A DNA stretch of 64,000 nucleotides from Diplonema japonicum (Eukaryota; Protista; Euglenozoa: Diplonemea), in the NCBI GenBank assembly GCA_964019335.1, contig OZ025735.1, positions 62,001 through 126,000 on the forward strand, read 5' to 3'. The translations under genes and the position numbers were made by a program. This document shows positions 9,606 to 22,632 of the stretch, one piece after another (position 1 is the first letter of the stretch; every line of letters begins with the position of its first letter). The notes below the pieces were generated by a model. The model saw only the letters and a list, made by a program, of their open reading frames with translations, ran no database searches and was not told where the DNA came from.

Positions 9606-11486
9606 GAACAGTTTAAAAAGAAAAAAAAAGGGGGGGGGAAGACGAAACCGAACACTTTCACCTAGCACCCTTTATTTACCTACCCTAGATTTACCCCATT
9701 CTTTTTTTTTTTCCTCTTTGCACAGCACCCCCCTCCCTTTTTTTTTTCCCTCTTACCCTTGGGTTTGCAGGTCTCTTAATTGCAGGGCAAAACCACGTTA
9801 TCATTTGATAGGAGTAAAAAGAAGAATACTGAAACAGGAATATAAAAAGGGGGGGGGGGGGAGTGGGTGACTATACATTTCTTTTTGGGAACGAACAATT
9901 TGGCAGGTAGTTAGTCGCGATGTCTTGTTGCTTAAACAGCACCGGCAGATGCAACCCCCAGACAGGGGAAGAAAAAAAGAAACGAATGAAAGAACAGAAA
10001 GAAAAAGAGAATTAAAAAAAGGGGGGGGGGGAAATTGATGAACGAGAGGAGTAATCAAAATAGCGTTGGTTTTATGCCCTGGATGGGAGAGAAGGGGGGG
10101 GGGGGGGAAAGGGGGGTATTTTTTATTTTCATTTTTAAAAAAAAGTAAATTTGCTGTAAAACTGAAAGATGACTATTGTCACTGACAAGTTAATTTTTCA
10201 ACAAAGTCGAGGGGCCCAAAGCCCATGAGGCGGTGCTCTCCAACCTACCGGAACGTGAAAGAGCCCTCTCGCCTGAAGTGCAGCACCTGTAGGAACCGTG
10301 AAGCTGAGAACCAAGAAAAAAAAAAAAAAAAAAGAGAAAAAAAATTACTTACTAACTACGATTTTTTTTTATTTTGGGAGCCAATTACTTCACGGTGAGA
10401 TAATGGCCTGTTTTCCGTGAAGTAATATGGGGTTTCTGGTAAATAATATGCCTCGGTAGGCCAATTTTTGCCTCGGTTCAGTTCCAAGTTGGACTACTTT
10501 TTCCTTCCTTTTGCCCACTTTTGGCTGGGCCTTGTTCCCAGTTTCAACTTTTCTATTTAGTCAGCTTACCAAGCCCCCCAAAGACTTCAAAATATCGAAG
10601 CAGCAGGAAAGTGAGGAGCGAGTGGCCGCGCCAGGTATGAGAAGGCAGCACTTAGTCAACAAAAGAAAAACTTGTATTGTAACGTTTGTAACCCCTCTCT
10701 TGTTGTGCCCCTTGTCACCCCTTTGTGCCCCTCGTGGTGAAGTAATTTCAAAAGTGTCGTGAGTTAAAACCCACTTACCTACCGCCAAGTAATGCTTTAC
10801 CGTCTTCGCAGGGCCCTCGATAATAAATGCGGAACCTCGAAGTAACGGTAAAGTCATTTCCTGTTGGCAGTAAAATAGCTATTATGGCATTGAAGGAAAC
10901 AGGGTTCAAAAGCAAAGAACGAGAGAAACAAGAGAGGCAAAAGGCGGCAGAATAATTTCTGTCGGAATTTTTTTTCGCACACAGTGAGCACCCCCATGCA
11001 CACTGAAATTTTATCGAGTTTTTTTTTCCCCACATTGGTAAAGAAGAAGTAACCTCTTTGGGGTTCGTGCGCTTACGAGGTGTGGTGGCCACGAACAGTC
11101 CTGCCAATGATGCAGAGATGCCATTATTCGTCGGAAGTTCTGGCAGCAAAACCTGACGCCTTCAAAAAAAAAAAAAGAAAGAAAGAAAGAAAAAAAAAAA
11201 AAGAGAGAGAGAAGAAAGAGGAAAACCCTCAAAAAGCAGAAGAAGTTGGCAAAGGAAGTTTCTTTTTTTTGTTTCTTCCTATTTGCGTTTTCTTTTTTTC
11301 ATCGGTGTTTTCTTTGTCCCCCCCCCCCCCCCCCCCCTCCTCAACATTCATCCAAATTCGAAGAATGAAAGAAAAAAAAAGAGGAAATTCTCTAGTTTAA
11401 AAAAAAGGGGGGGGGGAAGTTCAAATCCTTGTTTCAATAAAAAAAAGAAAGGTAGCCCCTCAGGGGAAAAAAAATTAAAAAAAAAA

Positions 11487-14400
11487 ATGCGAAATGGCGG
11501 ATCGTATATTGTATACGTTTTAATAGCCTGCGTCACGCTGGCAGGGTGTGACGGAGAAGAAGGCTACAGCATAGGAAAGAAGGAATACCTGAAGGACCAG
11601 GTGAAAGAGATGTTCGGCCATGCGTGGGGCGGGTACATGGAGTATGCTTTTCCCGCGGACGAGCTGCGACCTGTAACCTGCACAAAAAACGATAATTTTG
11701 GCGGATACGCGCTGACGGTGATCGACTCCTTGGACACCCTCCTGATTATGGGCAACGCGACAGAATTCAAGGAAATGTCACGATGGATCTCAAAAAACAT
11801 TGATTTCAAAAAGCTCAACAGACGAGTGTCAGTCTTCGAGACTGTCATCCGTGTCCTCGGCGGGCTTCTTGCCGCACACGCAGCAGCTGAGCGAATGGGG
11901 TACACCACCGCAGACAAAGACGTGCTTCTAACACAAGCAAAAGTTCTCGCCGATCGTCTCCTTGAAGCCTTCGACACCCCCACTGGCGTTCCCTACAACG
12001 AGATCAACCTGTTCACTGGTGTCAATCATGGGCAAGGGCACACCACATGTCCTGCAGCAGCGGGAACCCTTCTCCTTGAGTTTGGTGTTTTAACCGCTCT
12101 CACTGATGACTGCCGGTACCTCGAAGTCGCGCACCGTGCCATGGACGGCGTGTGGAAGTTCCGCTCGTCGCACAACCTCGTCGGGACTATTCTCGATATT
12201 TACAACGGGAAGTGGCTTCACTCCGGAGCCGACATCGGTGCTTCGCACGACTCCTTCTTCGAGTACATGTTGAAGGCGTACATTCTCTTCAACGACAAGC
12301 ACTGGCTTGACATGTGGAAGGTCGCCCATCACGCCGCCGCCAAACATCTCCAAGCAGGCGGCAACTGGTACACAAAGGTCAACTCCGAAACAACCTCCAA
12401 AACCGACGCTGTCATCAACTCCCTACAAGCCTTCTGGCCTGGCCTTCTCGTCCTCTACGGCGATATCGACGGCGCCATTCTCGCCTTCCGTCCCTTCGAA
12501 TGTGTTTTCAAAACGCTCGGCTTCATTCCCGAGGAGTTCAAAATCCAAACCGGTGGTGTGGGTGGTCCAGGGTACCCCCTCCGTCCCGAAATGGTGGAGT
12601 CCGCTTGGCTTCTGCACAGGGCAACAGGAGACGATAGGTACCTGCGGTTTGGAGAGGATCTCCTTAAGAGGCTGAACGCAACAGCTCGAACCCGCTGCGG
12701 GTTTGCTGCAGTCAAGGATGTCCGCACGAAGGTCCTCGAAGATAAAATGGACTCGTACATGCTCAGCGAGACGCTGAAATACTTGTACTTGTTGTTCTCG
12801 TCGACACCCAACTCGTACATCAACTTGGACCACACCCATGTGTTGAACACAGAAGCACACCCCTTTCCCATCACTTACGAGATCAATGAGGCGTACAAAA
12901 AGTGCAAACCAACAACCCCCTGCTCCCTCCATGACTCCCCCGCGGCCTGCCGTGGGAAGTTCCGCTACCAGCGCATGTCCGCTACGTTCTTCCAAGACAC
13001 CTTCAAGCGCTTCAAGGACAGTGCGTACGAGAAGCCTGTGCTGCGTGAGTGGGAAGAGCGTGACGTGTGCCCCCTGAAGCCGCACTACATGAGAATTGCT
13101 GGGCTCATCCACAACGACGGGCGGTGCTTCCCTTACCAGTACGCGAAGGTGAACCTTAACGAGCCAAAGCAGGCACAGGAGAAGGCCGAACCCCCAAAGC
13201 CCCCGCACAAAGCTATTCAGTTTGTGGTCCCCGCGTACAAAGGGCAAAACGACAGCAAGGTGTTCCAGTTGCAAGTGCCCCCGGCCTTCAGCCCGGAGAT
13301 CCATGAGTTTGACGGCGGCCTGCTAGTCAAGGGGATCGAGGCTCACACCCTGGGCCACACCAGCACAGCCGTCATCAGCATTGGGATGAAGGCAGGGCCG
13401 AGGTCTTCCTCCGACATCCTCAGCTGCTCGTACTACCTTGCATCCACGTGGGCAGAGGCTCTTGCCTCGGCAAAGGGCATTGCCTACGGCAAGGAGTACT
13501 TAAAACAACACTCCACTGTGCCTACTTCGGAGGTGGCACATCAAGCGTGCCAGTACGCACAGACACAAGCAGGCATCGTGATGGATGAAACTGAGGTACC
13601 CCAACATGTAACATATAACACCAACAGAACCGCTGGAAGGGTTTGTTCAACATAGCACCGCCTGTCAAGGCAGTGCTCGGCTTGCAGAACAGGTATAAGA
13701 AAAGATCACACGTACACGACACAGGATTCGTGGTGTGATCAAGCAGCATTTATGCATCAAAGCGGCGAAGGAAGTGCTGACAGGGACTGGTTTGGCTGCG
13801 GGGGAGCTTGTGACGCCGCTGTCTGGGCTTGCGTTGGGAGTCGATGCCACCGAGGTTGGCTCAGGGGCAGAGGCTCCTGAGATGGTAATGGGCAGCACGT
13901 GGCCACAGGAGCAGCATGTGCTGCTGAAGAAGTGGGCAGGCGTCAATGACGGATCGTTCACGTGTCCTGAGGTGATGGCGGAGCACCGCATCCTAGCTAA
14001 CACGGCGACCTTCGGCACGAAGATCGATCCGCAGATGCATCTGTCAAGCCAACTGGTGCGATTGGTGCACAATGTGAATGGCTGCGAGGAGTACGTGCAC
14101 CAGCAAGACAAGCAACGTGCAACCGGCAAAGTGCTGCTGATCGAGAGGGGTGGGTGCACCTTTCACGAAAAGGCACAACACGCACAGAAACTGGGTGTGG
14201 TGGCCATCATCATCCTTAACAACAAGAACGGTGCCCCCGAAATGATGTCCGACTACCCGTCGGTCTCTCCTATCAGCATCCCATTGGCCATGGTTGCCAA
14301 GAAGGACGGTGTCATCCTCACCAAGCATGCCCACCTCGGCAGCACAGCAACCATACGAAAGGGCGACTTAAACACCGGCCCCTTAGAGCTCTATTACAGC

Positions 14401-15447
14401 AACATATTGGGCGTTGACTCGCCCTTCGGCATGGTGCTCTGGAGGTCCTCACGTCCGGTCCCCACCTTCTTTTCTGCCAAGCAGTTTCACAGCAGCCTCC
14501 TATCGGTGGCATACCTCAATGCAGCAGCCTCGGTCAGGGATGAGGTATCACACTGCGTGGTTTGCAACGCAAGAAAAAAAAAAAAAAACAGGAATTCGCA
14601 GACTTTCATAAGCACGACGGTGTCATCAAGTCCTTCACGAAAGCACATGACATGACAATCCTGCAGGCAAGGGATATGGTATGGCAAAGGATGCGAAAAA
14701 CAAAGCAACACACAGCTGAAAGACGATACGTCGCTGGTGGCCTTCTCGTGCCTCAAGTCGCCTCCTGAGGGCAGGGGGAGCTGCAGGTTCAGCACGGAGA
14801 GACATGTGGGTGTGGTGAGGGACGAAAACTGGGTGACGTATATTAAACAGAGCCCTGAGGAGGAGACGGAAGGTGATTTAACTCTTCCAAGAGAGGGCTC
14901 GGCGGTGTGGGTGACTGCAGGACGGGTGCAAGGTAGGGCACACGAGGCAATGGCAAGCATCGTGAAAAAAAGCCAAGGGTGGACCCACGTGCATGGGTAC
15001 CGAAGAAATAGTGGGTTTGGGCTGCTGATGATGGGCTGGGAGAGCGCTATCCAAGCAACGGAGTTTCTGAACAAACAACAGGAGAAACATGTGTGGGCGG
15101 CTCTGGCAACGGTGGACCGTCTGTACCACCAGCCTATTGGGCTCACAGGCAGTCTGGTCTTGGTGCATCTCATATCCTTGAAGGACACCACCACCATAAC
15201 CCAGCTCTACGAGGCTGCAGACGAATTACAGGAGACACTAGAAGTATACGATGGGTACCTTGGTAGGGAGATCCTGCAGACACCCAGTCTCATGCACGAC
15301 AACAGCCAATACACAATCATCGATGTCAGTCACTGGAGAGACGTACGGAGTGCACGCATGGCGGCCGTGTCCTTCACATCCACCACGTCCTCTCTCTACA
15401 CCATAGCAGAGCGCGTCACCGCGGTATGCAACAGCAGAGTAACATAA
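11487..15447 (+). CDS. EDEM3-like GH47 alpha-1,2-mannosidase with PA domain and C-terminal ABM-like domains; join 11487-13595, 13628-13692, 13725-14544, 14592-14678, 14716-15447
   Basis: Signal peptide. GH47 motifs DELRP, IDSLDTL, SVFETVIRVLGGLL, DSFFEY, LRPEMVES, SETLKYLYLLF, NTEAHP. PA motif LIERGGCTFHEKAQHAQKLG. Four GT-AG introns (32, 32, 47, 37 nt) join three ORFs in frame. Confidence 0.88.
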
Positions 15448-15706
15448 ACATTGCAGCTTGAATCGTTCGAACTCACGACAGCAGATCACAACAAGGAGCT
15501 CATGCCGCAGTACCCCTTAGCAGGGGGGTGCGAGCTGACCTGGAAATGCGACTAAAAAAACGAGATAATAGGGGTGGGGTGGGAGTAAGTATTCTATTTA
15601 TTGCGGTAACGCAGTGATTCTGCGCTGTTTAGCTTTTGTTGGCGGTAATAATTTTTTTTTTAAAAAAAAATATCCACCCCCTAAGAAAAAAAGAGAGAAG
15701 AAGAAG

Positions 15707-17486
15707 ATGGTTGAGCAAGGGGAGGGGAAGATGGGGGGACGCCATGCCCCTGGTATGGGAAAAAGAAACGAAAACCGCAAAAAAAAGGGGAGGGGGGAAA
15801 CCACAAAAAATAACACACACAGAACTGGTGAACACCGCTTGGACAAAAACGCATCAACTGGAGGGTGATGGGATGCTGCCGCTGCTGTATCACCACTTGT
15901 GGAAAAAGAACAAGAGCTTCCAGAGCTGTCCGGGGATCAAGTTGCCCGACACGGTTGTGTACGAGCATAACTTCCCACGTGCGTGGTACACCTACGACTT
16001 CAAGAATTCTGAAATCCTCAAGAGGGCGGGGCGGTTCCTCGACACGCACCACATCTACCAAGCCTTCAGCAAGACACAAGGCGTGGACATATGTGCCCAG
16101 TACCTCTTCACCTCTGAGGGTGAGAACGGTTGCACAACTAGCGTGGAGTTCATGAACCCGAAGGACCTCGAGTACTTCTTGAACTTGCGCAAGAGCAGGC
16201 CCGACGGCATACTTCAGAAGTTCCTTCCAACAGCCAGCTGCAATTCGCAGATCCAGGTCATCTGGTCCCCGCGCGTTACTCTTATCCAGAGACGGGTTAA
16301 CAAGAACAGGATATGCGGGCGCAACATCAGTGCATACCAACGTGCCGTCACATACGATGGGCCCACGCATTTAAGCGACGAAGGGCTTTGCTCTGGCCGC
16401 ACCAAGAACCAGATCTTGGAGATCTGCACCAGCATCGTCGAGCACTTCAGCTCGACCGAGCACAAGTCCATCTCTCGTTTCGTGATTTACTTCAAAGTGT
16501 CGCCCATTCCAAAGCAGGCGGCGCTGGATGGGCACAGCGCCATCTGGCTTCTCTGGGCCTCGTCTCTAAGGATAGGCGACTCTAATAAACGGCAGACAAC
16601 GCAGAATTTCCGTCCTTTGAACCTATCGCCGAACATCAGCACGGAGAGCGAGACGCAGGAGGCGACTGCTTCGTCAAGATCACTGGAAACGTCGCAACTG
16701 ATACGTGACGAGCTGGAGGAGGTGGACCACAGGCAGTTCGTGCTGTCGAGTGACACTTTCTGTTCGAGCAGGTCTCCTCCCACAAGCTGCAGGCGTCCGC
16801 GATCGGCGGGGACACACAAACCATCGCCGCCGCATCTAGTCCGCCCGAAGCAAATGCTGCAGAGGAAACGCTCATCGATGTTGAAATCGACATCACCGAT
16901 GCCTGAGGAGGCGTCAGAACAACTCGAGGAGGAGTGGTGGAAGTACTGCCCAGAGACAGAGAACGCCTACGAGGCCCTGAAGCATGACGAGCAAAACTCA
17001 CGGGACTTCGTGGACGAAACCGTTTACGCACTGTACTCACATCTGCTGAGAAAGAACAGCGAGACTTTTTTCGTTTGCGTACCAGACGAGATACGCAAGT
17101 TCTTTGAAGATCCGACTGACTTGTCGGACAAGCTGCCGATTCTGCTAAGTGGTGTCTTTGGGATGGCGCCTTACGAAAATATAATCGGGCTGTACTCGCC
17201 CCTTCCGGAGGAGTACACTGAAAAAGGAAATTTGTGGGCCATTAACCCCGAGCAAGTGCCCCCTTTCGGGATGCAGATAGGCGAGGCTGCCACCTTGATC
17301 GATAAGCTTGGCACCATTAAGCGCGAGCAGTTGAAGTCTGTGGTCATGGAGCGGCACAAGATGACCACCATGCTGCCTGCACCGCCAGACAAGCCGCCAG
17401 AGGAGAATCAGCCCGTTAAAAGCATTCGGCTGCGTCACAATGTTGTTCGAAAGGCTAAATCTGGTTTGAAGAACCTAACTGTTTGA
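15707..17486 (+). CDS. Conserved hypothetical protein; join 15707-15752, 15823-17486
   Basis: Long coding-like ORF. A 70-nt intron GTATGG...ACACAG links the upstream ATG in frame. Confidence 0.75.
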
Positions 17487-17942
17487 GGGATTCGATGTTT
17501 TTTTCTTTTTTTTTTTTTAAAAAAAAAGACCTGCTACCTGTTGATTGTTCATTTTATTCTTTCTTTTTCTTCCGCTTTTTAGTTACACACTTGGTAGGTT
17601 TCTTCTGTTTCTTTCCTTTTTCTTCTTTTCTTTTTTTCCCCCCCTTCCCCCCCCCCCCCCCCCCCTCTTTCTTGGTGAAGGTTTCAGAAAAGTATATTAT
17701 TACGGCGATAGGACCGAAAAAAGAAGAGAGGGTAGTTAAGAGAATAACGGGTAACGTTTCCAAGTCAAGGAATCACTCCGTTTGCCCCATTTTTTTTTTT
17801 TTTTTGAGTACGCAAAGTGTTTCTTCCGTGACACTCCTTCCCCCCTTCTGTTCTTCACCACTGTCGAGTTCTACCCCTCCTCGCTTATTTTCTTTTTTTT
17901 CCATATCACCTCCTCAGCGCCTAGGGGGGCTAAGGGGAGAAG

Positions 17943-20900
17943 ATGCCGAAACGGTTTGGATTTTCGAATTTCATGGGGGCAAAGCCCGCATACACACCCG
18001 TGGAGAAGAAGGGTGAGATCAATGAACTTAAGGCACAGCTGAACCAGGCGGAGGCTGAGCACGACCAGAACAAGAAAAGAGACTGTCTCAAGCGCGTTGT
18101 GGCCTACATGACTCTGGGGATAGACACTTCGCCTTTGTTTGCCGAAATGATCATGGCCTGCGCCGCAAAGGACCTCGTCCAGAAGAAGATGGTATACCTG
18201 TACCTATGCACGCATGCGGAGACGAACCCTGACATTGCCATCCTCGCCATCAACACTCTGCAAAAGGACTGCAAAGATGAGTCGCCCGTTGTGCGTGGGC
18301 TGGCCCTTCGTTCTATTTCCTCGCTCAGGATCCCTTCCATCGTGGAGTACCTCGTCACCATCCTCAGGGAGGCCATCAAGGATCCCTCCCCTTACGTGAG
18401 AAAGACAGCCGTCGTCGCAAGCTGCAAACTGTTCAGAATGAGCCCAGACGATTTCGAGAAGCTCAAAATCGTCGACAAACTGCAGACGATGATCAAGGAC
18501 CCCGATGCACATGTGTGCTGCAATGCTCTTGTGGTGCTCAATGAAGTGCTTGAGAACGAGGGCGGCATTATACTTTCCAAGCAGCTTGTGTACCCCCTGC
18601 TGAACAGGCTCAGAGATCTCCACGAGTGGCAGCAGTGTCTTGTCCTCGAACTCGTTTTGAAGTACGTCCCCGAAAACGAAGAAGAAATGTTCACCATCAT
18701 GAACCTCCTTGAGGAGCGTCTGTGGGGCTCCAACAGCTCTGTCATCCTCGCTGCCACCCACCTGTTCCTCACCTTGACGCAGAATCTCCCGCAGCTCCAC
18801 CGCCAAGTCTACGCGCGTCTCAAGGAGCCGCTCCTCACGCTGATCGCGACAGCGCCCATGGAGACCGCCTACACCTGCCTCTGCCACATCAAGCTGCTCA
18901 TCTCCAGAGAGCCTGACGTTTTTGCTGACAACTACAAGGACTTCTACTGCCGGTACAATGACCCGTCGTTTGTGAAGAGCTTGAAGCTTGAGATCATGGT
19001 GCAGATAGCAAACGAGAAGAACTACACGGACATCATGACAGAGCTGGCGGCGTACGTGACAGACGTGCAGGTCGACACAGTGAGGAGGTCCATCAGGTCG
19101 ATGGGGGAAATCGCACTGAAGACGAACGCAGGAAAGGTGGCGGTGACACATTTCCTCGAGTTCCTCGAGATGGACATGGGGTTCGTGCGCAGCGAGACGC
19201 TCAACGTGCTGAAGGACTTCCTCCGCAAGTACACAGACATCACGCTTATCGAGCCCTTCTTCCCTGCGATCATCAAGGACTGGAAGGAGATGGACGACAC
19301 GCCTTGCAAGGTAGCCTTCGTGTGGATTCTGGGCGAGTTTGGGGAGTACATCGACGACGCCCCGTACATCTTGGAACATTACTGCGAGCACTTCAAAGAG
19401 GAGCCGCACCAGGTCCGCCTTGAGCTGCTCACCTCTTGCACCAAGATGTTGTTCAAACGCCCGCCCGAGATGCAGCCGATCCTAGGACCTCTCCTCAACG
19501 AGGCCATCAGCGACTTCAGCCACGCAGACGTGCACGACAGGTACGGTGACGCACAAGGAACGAACTAACACGTTACACCACACAGGGCGCTCCTCTACTA
19601 CCGTCTTCTTGTTAAGGACCGCAGCAAAGCTGCGCAGATCGTGTGCTGCAGGAAGGAGGCCGTCGAGCACTTCGAGTCCAACGAGAGTGCTGAGATCAAG
19701 GTGCGTGTATATATATTTTTTTGGGGGGGGGTGCAAAAATTCTCGCAAAGTAATAAATATCTCCGCTTTGTTTTTCAGCCAGGTTTCAAGGAGAGCGGGG
19801 CACTCTGTTTGCCCAAATAAATTTTACATTTTTGGGCAATTTGTATCTTGGCACAAGATCTTTTAAAACCCACTGTTTTTTCGGAAAACTCCCAAGATTC
19901 TTATCTTTAGCATGCCATCCATGACTGAAAGGCAAACCCCGACGGCACCAGGATGCATCCGCAGAATGGTGACAGGCACGTGTAGGGTCCCCAGTCCACA
20001 ATGGGCACCAACCAGCGCACTGCAAAAATAGATTGAGTTTTTTTTCCTTTTTTTCCCCCAGGGCCCCACCTGTACCCCCGACCTGCGGGTGGTCCTCCTG
20101 TCGCTCCTCGTCCTCTTCCACAGCACTGCCTCATGCAGAAAGGAGGGGGCCATCCCGATGCCCGCCCCCAGCACCTGCCTCACCACTGGGATCAGCAGGT
20201 GCCTCGTTGTGCTGGCCCTGGGGCTGCCACCTTCTTCCTCTCCCAACATTCTGGACATAGAGGAGGTCAAGTTTGGTTGTAAGGATGTCTAGGTTGTCTA
20301 TGAGATTGCTGAGATTGCTTCTTTCCCCTTGGGACCTGTCAGTAGCCTCTGCAAAAGGGCGAACTGCCAGTGGTCCGCTTCGGCCCCCAGTAACTCAAAG
20401 TTAGCAGAGAACCAGCGAGAATCCCCATACGAGAAAAAAAAAGAAGAAAAAAAGAAGAAAAAAACCACAGGACAAGCTTTTCGAGGAATTCAACTCTCTT
20501 TCCGTGATCTTCAACATGCCCGCAGAGAGGTTCATCGTGAAGTTCGACGGTGTACTGGGCGAGGAAGAGGAGGAAGAAGAAGAAGAAGAAGAGGAAGAGG
20601 AGGAGGAAGAAGAGGAGGAAGAGGAAGAAGAAGAAGAAGAGTACCAAGCGAGAGGAGCAAAGGTAAATAAAAACAAAAATAAAATGGGAAATAAAATAAA
20701 ATGAACAGGTGGGCTTACTTGCCCAAATGAATCACAAGGCAGCTGGAGGGAAGAAAGTAGCACCGAAGTTCCAGCTAGACGTAGGAGCAACAATCGATGG
20801 CCCTTCGTACCAAGCCAACTGGAAGACTTTAGACACAAGGTACGAATTCATATTTAAAAAAAAAAAGAAAATCATTTCCCTACACAGTGCTGCCAGCCCT

Positions 20901-21033
20901 GTAACCCTTCGCAAGGGCCTCACTGCTGACGAAATCAAGAACACTCTAGGAAGGTACAGCATCGTTTGTTTAGCTGCAGGGGGTCTCCCTAGTGGGGTGA
21001 AGTTTTATTTCTTTGCAACGGTATGAGGGAAGG

Positions 21034-21067
<34 letters not shown>

Positions 21068-21210
21068 AGGCCGCGCAAAAAGGAATTTTCAGTGAATGTA
21101 CGTACGACTCCACTTCCGGTGTCTTCTCCCTCACTATCAAATCCATCCAGCCTGAAGCAGGCCCTCTATTTCTTTCTTTTGTCAAAGGCGCTCTTACTTC
21201 TCTATGCTGA
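17943..21210 (+). CDS. AP4B1: Adaptor protein complex beta subunit, AP-4 beta type; join 17943-19540, 19586-19700, 20471-20662, 20709-20839, 20888-21020, 21070-21210
   Basis: Adaptin N repeats (KRVVAYMTLGIDTS, LAINTLQKDC, PYVRKTA, QVYARLKEPLLTL, DVHDRALLYYRLL, LFEEFNSLSVIF), an acidic hinge and a C-terminal appendage. Five GT-AG introns. Confidence 0.9.
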
Positions 21211-22632
21211 GCGTGAAGATAGAGGCGTTTTTTTCTTTTGTCTGTATACCTACCCCCTTTTTTTTCCTCCTTCCCCCTTTCTTGAAAAATCCTCGGGAGG
21301 AGGTCAAATAAAGAGAAGAAAAAAAAAGAAAAAAAAAAGGAAAAAAAAAAAAAAACCAAAGAACCGAAACAAAGAAATAGGAAAAAGAAGAAGAAGAAGA
21401 AGCAAGTAAGGAAGGGGGAGGGGAGGAGTAAAAAAAAGAAAAAAAAAAGAAGAGGAAACCCTATTCTTTAAGTGGTTTTAGGGCAATACAAATGAGGAGA
21501 GGGCAAGAAGAAAAAAAAAAAAGAACTAGATCCCCTCCTCCCTCTCTCAGAATACACGCCATGTGCCCCGAATTTCCGTCTTTGGCAAGCCAATGTTTCT
21601 TTTTTTTTTTTGTTTTTGTTTTTCTTTTTCTTTTTCTTTTTCTTTTTATTTAAGTGTGTACTCTTTCCACAAACTTGACCCTGCTTTATCTTTTTCTCCA
21701 GATCCCCTTTTCCCCCGTCCAAAATATGTTCAAACTTTTTTATTTTTTTTTAAAATAAAAAGGGGGGAATAGAAAATCCCCCCTCCTTGTCATATCTTTT
21801 TTTTTTAAGTTTTCTTTGAAAAAAAAAGGAAAGCAACAACAAAAAAAAAAAATGTTAAGGCTTTCAGCTGGCAGCCTATCGTCAGGCAACGGGAAAGGAG
21901 GGAGTAAGCTGTCCTCGGGGGTGGGCAGTACAAAGGTGCATGTAAAGAAAATAGGCAAGAGTGGCTCGCTGGGCGAGCGTAATGTATGCAGAATGTCGGG
22001 GGGGGGGGAAGAAAAAAAAGAAAAAAATGCAGATCGACCATGGGATTGATGTGAACAAACGAATCCATTTACACGCTGGATCACACAAGGTACTTGCGCC
22101 CTTTTTGTTTCTTCAATCCACACACACAGCACTCTAAAAATGGCTTTGAATACAGTGGCAACGTGATAATGCGGCCCAACTCGCTGGCATTTGGAGATTT
22201 ATAGAAAAAAGAAGAGAAAAAAAAAAGAGAAAAAAAAAAAGGGGGAGTTGGTTACACGTTCTGATGATAGGTGGTGACAGTAGTGGGGGGGGGTCCGTTC
22301 GGCATTCTAGTTTTTTTTTTCCCGCTTCCTTATACTTGAGGGTAGGCCCCAAAAAAAAAAATGACCCAACCTCCGGTGCATTTTCTTTTTTTTTTTTTGC
22401 AAAACCGCCCAAGCCTATCTTTTTAAGGGTAGGGCCCTTTTCTCTGATACCTTCTCTTATTGAAGAGGAACCAACACTCGCAGTCGTCTTGCGACACTTT
22501 TGATGGTGTTCCAGCTCGTGCGTATCGCACTACTATGTACTGTGTATAGATTTAAATCAAAATTATGTTGCACAACCCCCTCTCCCTCCCCCCCACCCTT
22601 ACCCTACCCTTTTGACAGGAGAGGGAGGGAAT

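Noticed and set aside
12423-19409. Long minus-strand ORFs (12423-13304, 18204-19409)
   Set aside because: Antisense shadows of GC3-rich + strand genes with clear family motifs.
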